DNA from: Amphiscolops sp. MND2022
Taxonomy: Eukaryota
Reading direction: 5' to 3'
Length of the DNA: 64,000 nt
NCBI GenBank assembly: GCA_964187785.1
Contig: OZ076415.1
Span: 48,980,001 to 49,044,000, forward strand
Numbering within the stretch: position 1 is the first letter of the stretch; each line of letters starts with the position of its first letter. Positions 47,935 through 61,805 of the stretch are shown here, piece after piece. A program made the position numbers and the translations under genes. The notes beneath the pieces were generated by a model, which saw only the letters and a program-made list of their open reading frames with translations, had not been told where the DNA came from and made no database searches.

Positions 47935-50900
47935 GTGTCACCCATAGAATTTAACTCACATAAATTTACCTTTCATGCAATTTCTTACGGTTTCTGATAA
48001 ATTTGGTGATTTAAAAGTTCCAAAATAATCAAAAAAGAAGGAACTAGCAATGCAATACGCCTTTTCGAAGAAAACGTTGCAACGTTATACTTCAAAAACA
48101 CTACAGAGTGACTCCGAATGAGTCAAAAAACAGAAAACTTTCAACGTCTTCACCTTTTTATTCAACATATGTGTGCATTTTGTTTTGTAGTCAGATTCTT
48201 GAAAACGGTCAACAACGATTGAACTCGTTATCCAATAGGTTTTGTGGAGACATTCGCAGACGTGTTGGAAAATGCCACGAACTGACAGCGAAAAGTCGAA
48301 ACCTTCAAAAAATTTTGCCTATTTGTGAAATTTTAAGTGATGGTTTATTTGATATTAGAATCTTTTAGTAAGATAAAAGCTTCGAAAAGCCCCAGATGTA
48401 TGAGTAGGTTCTCACCATGCTTTATTCAGAAAAAGTTGCATATTTTATGGTAGAAAAATACCTCAGAATAGTCCAAAAGTAGGTGAACAACACAGAATTT
48501 TATTTTATTATTTGCATTTTCATGCGGTTTTTTGTAAAATGTTTGGGCATTTTTTTGCATACAAGAGTTTAAAAAACTTCACGAACAAAACCTGTATCCA
48601 ATAGACGTTTGTGAAGATATTACATCCTTTTCTTGTTCGAAATGATCTCAAAAACACACCCTAAATCCAAAAAAAATAAACACTTTTTTTGGCAAATTAA
48701 TCCCAAATTTTGTTCAATCCACAGAAATTTTTGTAGAATAGAACTTCCATCGACCTCAACATTGAAACAATACAGTATTCGAAACGAACTTTGCGAAAGA
48801 AAGTGGATGAAATTTCTCAAATTTGACACCAAAATTGTTAAAGTTTCCGAATTTTCTCTATTTTCGACAAATTAGTCCCAATTTTCGTTCCTCACCGAAT
48901 GTTTTCTTCAATTTGGAATTCCATAGGCTCACGATTGAATCGTGTAGCTACCGGTAGTGTTTCAGAAATATATCGCACGAGTTTCTTTGCAAACATTTCG
49001 AAAAAACTTTACTCGAATTCGTAAAGTTCTTTTTCGACCTTCATTGTCAAATTATTAAAGTTCATTAACCTCCAAGCGAAATCACTAGCTATGCAGTTCG
49101 CCTGGCAAAGCAAAATATTTTTGCTTTTCAAACATAGGAAGAAAACATCAGAATAACCCAAAAATCAAAAAGTTTGTGACATTTTCATCAATTGTTTGTG
49201 AAATTTCCCGGCTATTTCGCGGAACAGAATGGTATAAACGTTCAACTACGACTAAGCTCGGTATCCAGTAGGTTTTTAAGAAAGGACATTTTTCGCTTCT
49301 TGTTAAAAAATGTCCTCAGATTGACCTAAAAGTTGTCGAAAGTATCAAATTTTCCACGTTTTAGAATTTTCGGTGACGTTTTGTGCAAAAATATAAAAAT
49401 TTGGTATGCTAGGTATCCACATAGTTCAACAATGAAACAATTATGTACTCAGCTTATTTATAAACTACATTTTTCCTTTGAAAACGTGCTAAGGTGAACT
49501 AAAACTTTTTTCTTCGAGCATCGTTGCAGTTTCATAGTGCATTGGCTGCTCTTGAGTCTCAATTTATGTTGTTGTAGAATAGTTTGGGGCGGAAATATTT
49601 CGCTGTTCAGCGGGTGTCTTGTTTTTCTTTCGCCACGAACATTGACTAATTCATGCAATTAGTTAAATTTTTTTAGATACTTCTGTGAGTGTGAGTATCC
49701 AGAGTAATAAAAACTTGAACAATTAGTTACTTAGCATATTCTTGTGTCAAGACATTTGACTTTCTTTGTCCTTTTCTTGAAACCAGGTTTGAAATTACCC
49801 CGAAAATGATACTGTCTTCTGAACTGTCTGTACACTTTTTCAATGTTTTAGCCAGTATAAGTTTCCATAGTGTTCGCCTACAAAAAATAGCACTTTAAAG
49901 TACTTTTATTTAGAGAAATATAAAGTGCTTTGTTCCTCAAAAAGGGATATGTGTCGAACTTTCAACTTTTTTTACATTTTGGCATTATAGTTGTTTACTG
50001 GCTACGCTCCAGTATCCAAAAGAGTATAGTAGTTTTCAGAACGCACAGCGACTGTGGAGTCAGAAAACGGTAAACCTCAAATGTATAAGACAGAATAGAT
50101 ATTCATCACAAGATTTTGTTATGGCTCCTTATTTGATTTAACAAGTCTGTCAGTCGTTTTGATACTCCGAATATTGTCTCAGTGGCTCAATTAACCTATC
50201 TGCTAGTAGGAGAATCCCCGAAGCAATCTTTCCATGGGAAATTTCGATTCACTCCAGGAAGTTTTACAAATTGAAAAAAAATGACATTGTGAGTTCAATT
50301 GTGAGTTTGCTGCCAAATTTGTCAAAGAACTTCCTCTCCGTATTCAAAAGCCAATCATCGACTTTGGCACGCTTATTGGAGAGAGTTACAATACGAGGTG
50401 GAACAAAATGGTCTCTTTACAACTTCTTTTCTAGAACAGCTCTTCAAAGGAGGTTTAAGTGAACTGTTTAGTTTCAAACATTAGCCACTTTTAAAATACA
50501 TGACGTTGTTGGATAATTGCAGTTATTCCTGACATCCGAAAAACACCGATCTCAAGTACAAGTTGATAGTTGTTTGTAAGCAAATGCCAATGCCCACCTT
50601 CTATGTAAGCTGAAGATATGTACCATGCAATATTTGAAAGAAGTTTTTGCAGTCAACTTGGCATAAAACTTCAATCTCCATAAAATGATGCGCGTGTTTT
50701 TTTTCTGCAAGCCTTGAATTCTTCTAGTTGTAGCGACATTTACCAGACAAAAGAAAGTAAATCAGATCACTTCGTAAGATCTACTGAGCTGACCAGAATC
50801 AAAACCTGCATTAAATTTTTCAAGATTCGAAATTTTTAGGTTCCATTAACAAGGAGCTACAATGATTGCTTTCAAATAGGGCTCGAAAAGTAAAATTGAC

Positions 50901-51206
50901 TGTGTGACTGTGCCTTCCTAATTCACACTTCGCTTCCCTCCGAGCCCGCTTCCGTCAAAATTTATTACTGGTCAATTACTGGCACGCAGTTCTATATTGA
51001 CCTTCTTTTTTGACTTCAAGTATCAGCCACTAATATTGCCATTCTTTGTCATATGCGGGGGAGGAAATGTTCTCATCTAACTCGCTGACTCGAAAAAAAA
51101 ACGTGACATCATCCTTATTTTTTGTGCTTCAGATTAGCAATTAATTTACTTCTCGTTCTATTATTGGTGTCAAAATTCTGAAACAGAAATTTTGGCAGAG
51201 AGTGTT

Positions 51207-53580
51207 CTAGGTCTTCCTCCTGGTGATGTGGTCGTAAAGCACCACCTGGTCGTAAAAAGGGGGATAGTCAGTGTTGTTCTCTATCCGTGTCCTGGTTGAG
51301 TTATCCCCGGGTGTGGAAGCCTGAAAAAACTTCTGGTGTACTAAAAGCCATCGTGTGAATCGAAAAGGTGGATAGAAAAGTAAAGAAATTTTATTCTTCA
51401 AAAATTGCATTCAAAAACTCCGCATTGCGAAAACTTTACAAAATCCTCTTGGATGGTATTTTGGATAGATCATTGTAGAATTCAATTGTATATTTTTTAT
51501 TCGCTGAAAATTCGCTATAGAATAGTTCAATTTCCTTCTTGGAATACTTTTCGACAAATTTCCGGAAATTGCTTTGGCTTTTGAAGAAGCGGTTCCCAAT
51601 GCAAGCCAGAAACAAAGTTGAACATAAACGCTTGCAGAAGTATGCAAAAAACAACTTGGTTTTGAAAACTTTCTCGAGAATGAAAATCTTGGAAACTTGG
51701 TTTTTTGTATAACGTACTCAAGTGCATCTATTCGAGTCAGCAATCAATCATTAACCTTTGGGTCGACATTTATGATCTTGCGGTCGCGTTTGCTCTTGAA
51801 CAGCAGTCCCGAGGTGTTTTCTGTAATGACTTCGAAGTTGGGTGTGTGGTTGCTGGTACTTTTCTGGGTCTCCCAGTTGTAGAAACTCAGGTCAGAGGCT
51901 CGGGGCAGCAGTCGCTTCTTGCCGCTGAAGTAGGGTCCGAATTCTTCTGTCTTCAGTCTGTATGCGTAGTCTATGTACCCTGAGATCTCCTGATTCTTCG
52001 CATTGCGGTCACGGATAAAAATTATCGTCTGAAAATAATCGTGCCGTTGCACGTATAGAATCTCATATCATCACAAAAATGTTCAAATTGCGTGCCGAGT
52101 TGAATGTTTTTTCCCATTAAAAAAGGACAGGAAAATAATAGCACATTGGCTACAGTTGAAAAGAGATGTCTCAATAAGCATTTTTTTGTAAATGAAAAGG
52201 AAGAAAGAAAAAATTTACCGTCATTTTTCCAGACTTGTTTGCTTCTTCGCGCTTTGCGAGTTCTTTCAGAAGCGGATTTTTGATCGTTTTTCCATAACTG
52301 GCCAAAGTCCTGAAAAATTGAAATTTCATCCGGGTAAAGTTCAGAAAGTTGAGTCGCACTTGAAGAGAAAAATTGTCAACTTGTAGTTTCTTTTTCAAAC
52401 ATGGCAATATATCAGTTATATTTATGAGAATAAATGGAATCTGCATGAGCATCCACAGTGGGAAAAGTTATTTTTTGGATCACAAAGTCATTTAAACGCA
52501 ATTGATGTTAATGACACCAGAATTTCATCCGCAGATTGGGTGTTTGCTCAAAACATTCTCGTGTTCTCAAAAAAATCTCAAAAGACATCGATATGAAAAC
52601 GCAAACTAAATAGAGTTTTTCTACTTGAAGGCCCATTGTTGAAACAGCATTGTTGAAACAAGTTGACATTCTGAAGTGTTGAACAGTGAGTTGGGGTGTA
52701 TGGCTCACTGATTCTGTAAGAGTTTACAACTTACATTTCTTGGTTAGTTTTGGAGAGTTTGCTGGCCTCTGCCTGTTCCTTTCTCTTTTCGAACTCTGAC
52801 CTCTTGAGCACTTCGCCACTGCCTCTGTATCCCAACTCCACCAACTGACGAGCCAACTCCTCGTCCTGGAAAAAAATCCTGAAGGGGGCGACGGATAAGC
52901 AATTGCAATTTCAAATGAGGACGTGATTTATAAAGAATAGTTTGGGTTATTTTGAGCCGCCAATAAATTTTAAACTAACTTTGATTCGGTTCATGAAAAC
53001 GTGATAAAGAGCTTGAAAATCAATAATTATTTTGAGAAATTAATTTTTCTTGAAACCGAAAACGAACTCTTTTTTGAATTTTTTGTGACATTTGTTGGTT
53101 TGAATCCCCCTTGTTGAGAAAACGACTGAATGAGAAATGTATTCCTGGCAAATGTCTTTCTATGTAAAGATCTTGCAAGGAAATTAAATGATTACGAGGT
53201 TCTTGCAAGATCTTTGCAAGGAATGCATTGCCTTCAAGGATATTGCAAAAAATGCATTTTAAGCAAGGATCTTGTAAGATTCTGTCAAGGAATCCAAAGA
53301 AAATGCATTATCTTGCACGAGTTTGAATGAGCAAGGAAAGCATTTTTTTTCAACCAGGGACTTTATCGCATTTAAACTGATAATCAAAACTATTTGCATT
53401 TGTAATGAAATTGTTTTGAATATTTTATAATGATACAAGTTTTATGGGCTGTAAGTTGGTGAAAATGAAGCATACCTCAAGATAGAAAAGATCGGCTACT
53501 GTAATTTGTGAGTCAAGAAAATCTTCGTAAGTCGCAAAATCGGAGATCATACTGTCTCCGCCAACGTTTTCTTCCTCCAT
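51207..53580 (-). CDS. CFAP299: Cilia- and flagella-associated protein 299 (C4orf22/DUF4464), 5 exons, 237 aa
   Basis: Exons 53580-53476, 52865-52735, 52309-52219, 52028-51756 and 51320-51207 join in frame with GT-AG introns: [18 protein letters not shown]|[15 protein letters not shown]...REEAN.SGK...IIFIRDRN...[27 protein letters not shown]...PGDNSTR...YDHITRRKT. Confidence 0.93.
53108..53359. mobile_element. MITE-like element with internal CTTGCAAG palindromic motifs (related copy at ~54620-54940)
   Basis: Ends CCCTTGTTGA / TCAACCAGGG; repeated CTTGCAAG; lies in CFAP299 intron 1; TSD not clean. Confidence 0.55.
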
Positions 53581-55396
53581 TTTTGATAAGTTAGTTTAGT
53601 ATAAACGATTATGAGATTATCCAGTCACAAATATTGTCTTTGAATCTCACTGTTTTGGTTTTTGTGTACGTTTTAGCTGTACACCGTGCAATATTTGAGC
53701 ACAGTCTTTGAATAATGAAGACTTAATTTGAAGGTAGCGCCGCGCGTATTTATTCCAAATGCCACGTGCTGATTTTATATTACGTTTTTTTTCTCCGCTC
53801 TTTTTTGCTTCAATTGACCAATACAATTTTGCAGTGCGTTCAGCAAAGTGCTTCATAAAACTCGAGCATCGTAATCTCGCCGGATTAAAAAATCTCGGCG
53901 TTTTTTCTTAATATTTAAACGCGATGACATCTGCTACATGTTAAACTCAGAGCACGTGTGAAAAACTTATATCAAAAGTAGTCTCAAAAACCGAAAGAGC
54001 GTCAGTGAGTCTTTCAAATTTATGACCCGATAGCGCAGTGGCTCTAACTGCGGCAACTTATTTAGTTAACAGGTTTTTGGTTATTTGGTTTAGTTAATTG
54101 ACTATCCGATTACTAGTTATTAGCCAACTATTAGTTACTAGTTATTTTCATTTATGTGCTTATTTTGATGTTCTAAGTTTCAAATCAGGGTAAGTACATA
54201 TGAAAACGCTGTTGGATTTAAAAAGAAAACTTGTCAAATATTTAAAACATTGAAACAAACTTAACGCAAACAAAAACTTCGAAGGGCACCATTGAGCTGG
54301 TATAGCTTTTGCTTCATCTGAAAAACAAATCAAAATAACTTTTCCAGAAATTTTCGCACAAAACTGAAAACCGATTCTTTTGAATAAGCGACCGCTGAGC
54401 ATGTCATCCTCTGAAACGGTGCACTCGATATCCCTCAACCTGACCGCCATCGCTTTGCTTCTCTAACTGGTCCTTTTTCGAATTAAAAATTTAAAATTTT
54501 AAACCATGGACCTATCAGAATGGGGTGTACAAAAACATGTAAACTCTTGGAAGTTTAGAAAAAATTCAAAAGGAAGTCTCCGAGAGCGTTGCAAACGGGG
54601 GAAATATACCAGGTATACCATCAGTGGTTGAAAAAATGCATTCTAGAATTTGCAAGCTTGCAAAGATCTGGAAAGATCATTCAAGGTAAAGTATTTTTCC
54701 GCACGACATCTTGCAAGATTCTCTTGAGAAAATTTTTTTGCAAGATTCTTGTAAAGTGAAACGTTCCCTTGCAATATTCTTTCAAGGACTTAAGTTCCTT
54801 GCAAGATTTTTGCAAGATAGAACATTAGCATTGCAAGATTTGTATGAGTAAAAAATCCATTGTCAGATTTTTAAAGGGAAAAAACTACCAAATGTTCGGA
54901 AATTTCCAGGAATAATTTTCATTTGCAAGGTTCTTGCAGAGGAAAACATTCATTTGAAAAGCTCTCTTTTGAGAATATGGAAAAGTAACGCAGCTTTGAT
55001 GATAGCAGATTGTCTCTTGATTTTTCAAAATGAAAATCAGGGTAGTACAATAATTGAATTTGAGCAGGAGAGAATTTGAGAAGCAAGTTACCAGGACGAC
55101 TATTCAAATGAAAGTTTCTCAAGTGCCTGTTTTTATCGAATAAACTACTCGAAAGTATAGCCTTTTTCAATCTCATGAATGACAATAATTTTTTCACGTT
55201 TTTCCATCTTGAAAGTTCATGTATACTTTAGAAGAAACCGCCGTTACAGTTCCTTTCAAGTTCTCTATAGCGTTCTCTAGAAGCTCGAAAAACAAAGGCA
55301 GGATTTTATGAACAATTGATGGAAACAAATTTAGTCTCATCACGGATATATACATATGTCCATCTATTCAAGTAGTTCATTGCATAGACTGTTTAG

Positions 55397-58300
55397 ATGT
55401 CAAACCGGATGGTTTTTGCGCGTCAGAAGTTGACTCCTCTGCAGAAGATAGGAGGGGCCGACTACGACACTGACGATGACAACGACTCTGTTTTCGGGGG
55501 AGGGGCCAGTGGGTATGAAAGTGACCCAGGGAGAGACAGGGCCGGGGGGAAGAAGAAAAACCTCACTTACGCAGAGTTCCTCAAGTGAGTCAATGTCGCC
55601 ACCCTGAGGGTAACGTTGTAGATCTTCGTTGTTACATGGGGTTGATTTGAAACAGCAGGTCGGCCTGGTCGACTTCTTCGATTTTCTTTCTTCTAAATTT
55701 ATTAATTTTTTCGATTATCATTCATGTCGGTTCTTTGTGAGTATCTCGGCAGTCAGGTTTCTTGCAATTTCTGAGAACGGTATGAAACAGTCGTATCAAA
55801 CCACATGGGTTCATGCATAGAATTGGATCGAATTTTTTGTTGCTTTTACTCTATATTATTAAATGGTTACAATTCGTAAGGAACAATGATGTATTTATGT
55901 ATCTATATACATAATTAGAATTCATTCTTAATTCATCGGCTCATTCCAAACCTTTTTTCAGGGCACAAGAGAGATCGTTTGGTCCCGATGGGGCGATAGA
56001 TGCGAACTTCTTTAAGAAGCCGACTGTGAAGAGGTCCCGGTCGGTGGGCAGTCTTGTGGACGCCTATGCTGCCTCCCAGGACCTCGAACAAGAAAGGGGC
56101 ACACAGATGCGCAAAATTGAGGTTAAAACTTTCTACATTCAAAAAATGTCAATTCTACTCGAAGTGAAAATATTGCAACAAAAAACCATTGATATAGAGA
56201 GGAGAGACTGATCCATCCTGAGTAATAGACTGAATAGTCTTTTTATGGTGAATTAAAGAATGAAACTCACTGCTTTCTAAGCTTAAGTTTACGCTGATCA
56301 GTAGCTTTTCATCTAATTTTCATTTAGATTCGCAAAATTTTGGGTTGTAAGCGATTTTATTTTTGGAATCCGATTTTAGTAAAACTAGTAAATTCCTGCT
56401 CGGATTGACGCTCAAAGCACTGAAATGAACATCGTAGTAATGTCGTAGCATTAATTATGGACCTCCTGAAAAGGATTGTACTACAGAATGTAGGCTCACG
56501 AAGGTTTTCTGGAATAGCAACTCCAGTGATTTTGGGCATACCCGAGTTGACTCTTTATGTACTACCTTACGATCGTACTACAATCACGGCACGATCACGC
56601 CAAAACCTTAGCCTTGATCTTGCCAAATTTCCTACTAGCATGGGCGTGATGTCATAATATGATCGTACTACGAAACGTGTGAAAAAGTTTTCATACAGTT
56701 TTTACAATGTACGCGAGTGATTCAAAAGCATCGTTGGAAATTCGACCCTAATTTTGCCACCCCCAATAGAATTTGTTGGAAAAGAAAGTTTAAAGGGGTT
56801 TTTGAGATCCAGAAGATGAAAGCACAAGTCGAAGCTGTTACACACCACAATAAATGTTTCTACTATGATCAATCCTAGCCGTAAACTGAAAAACAAATTT
56901 TCAAAATAATCTCCAGATTCAATTTATTACCATTTTTGGGCAATTTCCTTGATCAATTATTGTAATATCAGGACTATGATTGAACATAGTATGAGGAGGT
57001 CTGTGATTGATACGATCCTGTAAAGATCTTACCACGACAGGCGTGATATTGTTGTGAGGCTCAACCTGAGTACCCTTGATTAATAATAAACCATATTACA
57101 GACTTGAAATTGCCCGAAAATCGTGATTTCAAGTTGAGCTTTTCCTTATAGGTTTGGGTACTTGGGAGTACCGCACTGTCTCTTGCAATGATGTAGCATG
57201 TTAGAAAAACTCTTGAGACATGTGTTATATCAGCTGTGACGACTGAGTTCAACGTTTCGGCGTGAATACAACTTTTCTATTTGATTTGTTTATAAATGAT
57301 ACGGTTACTATACGAGGTGCAGGGTGCACCGAGGTCTGGGTAAATGAGGCTTTCTTTCATTAAGTGACTGACATGCAATGCACACACTGTATACGAACGC
57401 TTGTTGAAACTGCTTGAACTTTTTGCATGCCTTCAATGTTGCCAGCAACTCTTATTAATGATTTTCTAGAACTCGTACGGAAACTGTATGCAAAAATATT
57501 TCGCTGTGAATTTCGACTTTTGTCAAGCTGCTTGAAAGATTCAACAAAGTTTTGGCGGCAATTTTGGATTTCTTTCACTATGTCCCTCCCTGCAGCAAAA
57601 AGGGACAAACTGAAACACTATTAAATACATGTATTGCACATTCTAATAGCGCAGATATGCTTTCATTCAACAGCGCTTCTGATTGGCTGAGTGAAGATTT
57701 TGATAATAAGAGCCAATAAAAAGTGTCGATAGTTATGACGAGACCAATTGATTTCCAGAATTGTATGAGAAATTATCCAATAGGAGATGAAAATAAATGA
57801 GTCACCAACAATCTTTTTCTCTAGGAGGGACATAGTGTAACGAGTGATATAAGGGGGGGGGGGCTAGTGAAAGAGATCTGCAATTTTAAGCCTTGAAGTT
57901 TTGCAGGTTCCATTAGGAAAAAGCCTAATAAGTGGTTAACAGAAAATAAGTGGTTATCAGTTTCACCGCCCTTTTGACGCAGAAAAACATCAGTCGCATA
58001 ATACACTGCATTTCAGCGTCATGTTTAGCGTCATATTTGAGAAGCGACTATAGCGTCAGATGAGCAGTTGAGAAAATAATGTGTGAATATAAAGTGATCA
58101 TGTCGTGAATGAAGTGGGATTTGTTTTCAAATTAAATTGCAATTCACCACCGGAATCTTGTCGAAGTTTTATTATAAAGTACCCTGCATGCAGGCCTGCA
58201 GCATGAAAAAATGTTCCAACAGTCTCAACTAGGGAACTCTCGTGTTTCGTAGTACAATGGTACCACAGGTTGCATGAATTTTCAAACCGGGTGAGGTAAT

Positions 58301-60943
58301 AGGGAGCTCATTCTGAGCACACTTGTATTCAAAATTTGGCTCTTGCTCCGTTGTGGAAAAGGACTTTGAATTTAGCAAGTACAATGGTTCAGCCTCAAAT
58401 ACAAGAAACCGTATTATTTTCTAGCTCTTCTTTCTAATTATTTCATTTATAAATCTGAAATTCAGTTCTAATGATATATTTTTAGCAAAACATAGCATAT
58501 ACGAGGGCGAAGAAGCGAGATCTGCGGAGACTAGAAGGAGACTTGAACAAGTCTCAGTACTCGATTAGAAAATCTTTCCGCAAATTTGAATCAGGTAACC
58601 AATTATCGAACTGACTAAGGCATACAAATTCTGTTTTCTCACAGTCCCATTTATTTTGCTTCAGTCGTTTCCAACAAGATGGACAAAAAGGATGACGAAA
58701 TCAAGAACCTGCATCACTCAAGTGCTCGATCTCTTCAAGAACATTCACATGCGTTGAAAAAGGTTGTCAAATAATGACCACGTGATTGCTTTATTAGAAG
58801 AGCAAGCCAGGAACGGCGTTAGTCGGCGCCAAATCTAAGGGTCAAAAATAACAAAAGTACAGCATAATGTCAAGAATTTTTTTACAGTACCCGACAAACC
58901 CAAAAGTTGGACGGAATTGGCGCGCACTTTCGGATTTTTATTTTTGTCGCAAAACGTCAAAAAAATTGAAAGGGGGGCCCTTTGAAGTCATTGAAAATTT
59001 TTTGGAAAAGTCTCACAATGCCAAAAAAAACACCCGTTCCGTCGCAAAACATCGAAAATTAAAGGGGGACCCTTCGGGAAAAAATTACTTTTTTCGAAAC
59101 AACGTCTCACAATGCCGAAAAAACTGAAAAGGGGACCCTTTTGCTTGACCATTTTGTAAATACGGTGTCACAGTGTCTAATCAGACAGGGCGTTTAATAT
59201 GTAAAACAAACTGTTATAAACCTTCAAAGATCCAAAACCAGCTAACTCATTAGAGGTTTTTTCCAGGCAATGACAGCGAGAGGCCAAGAAAACCGAAGCA
59301 AACAAATCGACAGAAGCCGCGAAAGAAGGAAGAACGATTTACAACTGTTAGACAGATTTTCGCAAAGTGATTTTTCCGGGCGTAGTTTTTCGATTTTACA
59401 AAACCGCTTATTGTTTAGATCAACAGTGGAGAAAGCATACAAAGCGAAATTAGCCGAGTTGAATTTGAAACAGTTGGAAATTCAGCGAATCACTCACGAG
59501 TTTACACAGAAACTCAAACTCAAAGAGGTATATTTATTCTGTTAACATTTTTAGGAATAGTTTTGGGAAAAATAGGCATTAAAAACCGTGAAAAGGATAT
59601 CTAAATTCCAAAACTTTCTTTGAAAAATCATGCATATATACATATACAAGATACATTGTGGGGACCATTTGTGCTTATCGTGATTGTTATAGTTTTGCAT
59701 TTCAAGAAAGTTTCACCTGCAATATTATTCTTTTTCCAAAGATTTCCACATTCATTTCTATTTTTCCAGGAAGAGGAGTTCAAGTTGAAGAAAGAGCTGG
59801 GTGAATTGAGTCTCACAGTAGCCTTTGAGTTGAAAAAGAAAGGAACATTACAAGAAATTGATGAAAAGTAAGTTCCACGCTGATTCAAAAGGTTTTGGTG
59901 GCTCTGTATGTCACTCAAGTGCTACACATTAAGTATTAATTATTTCTTCCAAACTTGTTCCAGTCGTTGAAATGTCAATAGATGAATTAAACGATTGTTG
60001 TTATAACTAATGGATATTCAAAATGGAAAGCTTCAAAATGCTCGTTTTTACTTTAAACGTTGTGAGGCTTCAGATCGTTAATTTGTTTTTTTTTCTTTCA
60101 AAAAGCCAATCTAAAGGTAAAGATTTTTTAGATCTTTTTTTTGCTTTAGAGATCACAAGAAACTGATGAGAAGGAGAGAAAAAGAAGACAGAGAACTTGA
60201 GAGTGGATATGAAAGCTCTAAAGAGTGAGTACATGTGTCAATGTAAAATATATTTTCATATAAATATCAGGTTATATAGGAAGTGTATCAAAAATTCAAA
60301 ACGTTGCAGGAAATCAATGAAGATGAAGAAAAAGACAGAGCATGAGAAACAGATGTACACCAAAAACATTGAAAACAAGAAGATTTCAACTCAGCAGAAA
60401 CAACGCGAAAGTAAGTTTTCTCGAGAGATGTAGCAAAACGAGTTTTTCTATCTTGATATTCTACTCGGGAAATATTGGATTGACTATTTTACTTTTTATC
60501 GGTTGAGTATTCGATATGACTACAATGGAAATAGGGGCATGTGTTGGAATTCCAGAGCAGTCCATTCTCATTATTGCAATGATCTCAGAAGGTTCTTACA
60601 AAATAGCGAGCGTACTTGCAGCATCCTCTCATTTAGAACAAAATCATAGATATGGATGAATCAAGACCGATCTAGCTACGAATTACTACGTAATATTTCC
60701 AATTTAGCTGGTCGTCAACTGGTTTCGACCAAAGTGAAGATGGAAGATACTGGCGAACATCTCAGTTACCTTAACAAGTCTCTAGACGTCACAAGAACTG
60801 ATTTGAAATCGATTCAATTGCAGAAACGACTCAAAGTAAGTACATCATTTTATGAATTTTGTTTAGGTTCGATTATACCATGAATGTTTTTCCAGGCCTG
60901 CGCGGATTTTGAAAACCAACAGCAAAAAAATGTTTTTGAATGA
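55397..60943 (+). CDS. Unidentified multi-exon Lys/Glu/Arg-rich, predicted coiled-coil protein (partial model)
   Basis: Open exons with splice signals: 55397-55584, 55962-56121, 58486-58594, 58665-58762, 59267-59366, 59419-59527, 59770-59867, 60150-60224, 60310-60410, 60650-60835 and 60896-60943 (stop, then AATAAA). Most phases chain; junctions 56121>58486, 58762>59267 and 60410>60650 are unresolved. Confidence 0.7.
57398..58234 (+). mobile_element. Second copy of the CMC-like element at 41807-42355, intronic, with a nested MITE
   Basis: Colinear similarity to 41807-42355; ends CGCTTGTTGAAACTGC / CAGTCTCAACTAGGG; TSD AA/AA. Confidence 0.75.
57566..57879. mobile_element. 314-bp MITE with 15-bp TIR and 8-bp TSD
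   Basis: TIR (G/A)GAT(T/C)TCTTTCACTA; TSD GCAATTTT (57558-57565, 57880-57887); absent from the 41807 copy, which shows the empty site. Confidence 0.85.
58860..59150 (+). repeat. Interspersed GGGGACCC / GCCGAAAAA repeat (related sequence at ~61990-62620)
   Basis: Recurring TCACAATGCCGAAAAAACTGAAAAGGGGACCC-type units; intronic. ORF 58867-59127 is a by-product of the repeat. Confidence 0.6.
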
Positions 60944-61319
60944 TATGAAAATAAATGAACAAATCAATCTCAGGTTTTGATAGTTTGATATGGCGTGAGA
61001 TGAGTTCAATAAAAGGTCATTAGAAATTACAAGAAATTGTTAAATTGTTTGAACACATGCTTTTTCAGCCTTAATCGCACTGCCTATGTGTACATCATTA
61101 ATGAAACTCTCTCCCGTTTAACGATAAAAAGTTGACAAACAAGAGACACAGTAGCGCTGCGATATTTTTATGCTGTTTCAAAAGGCCTTTGTCAAAACAT
61201 ACGCCACTTACAGAACTCAATCGTTTGAATACGAAAAAGTAGAGTCTATAGATCGTTTCGAGAAGTTCGCGAGACTAGGTACCAGTCTTTTAATTAGCGA
61301 TGCTATCATATCAATTTCT

Positions 61320-61500
61320 GCAACCATGCGAGGCAAACGCACATCTGACGACCTTGAAAAATCGATGTACCGGTTTGAAGATGCAAACCGGGATTATGCA
61401 AACTCAGCAATTGCTCGGATTTTCTTGATTTCCGAGTCAACACTTAGAGGAATCCTGAAGCGGCGTATTGGGCAGAAAAAAGTCAAATTGGGTCAAAAAT
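61320..61500 (+). pseudogene. Possible pogo/CENP-B-type transposase N-terminal helix-turn-helix remnant
   Basis: TSDDLEKSM...AIARIFLISESTLRGILKR resembles a psq-type HTH; no DDE domain follows. Confidence 0.45.
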
Positions 61501-61805
61501 CTGTACAAACGGCTCAAAAATCTTGTCACAAAAACGGTTCTCTTTGATATTCTCAGTCCAGAAAACGCCTTTTTACCATGAAAGGGTCCCCCTTAAAACT
61601 TTTTCTTCCCCATACGACATGTTTCAAACTGTTCATCAACATATAGTTCCACCATTGTGGGAATTAACAACAAACTCGAGTCGATCTCCTATAATTTTCC
61701 AAATTAAACTTTTCTTTTAATTAAATTGCTTTTAATTAAATTAATTTAATTTTAATTTAATTTAATTTCAAATAAAATTTAATTAAATTGCTTTTAATTA
61801 AATTT

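Noticed and set aside
58867-59127. 86-aa ORF (GGPFE...SHNAKK...KGDP)
   Set aside because: Translation of an interspersed repeat inside an intron.
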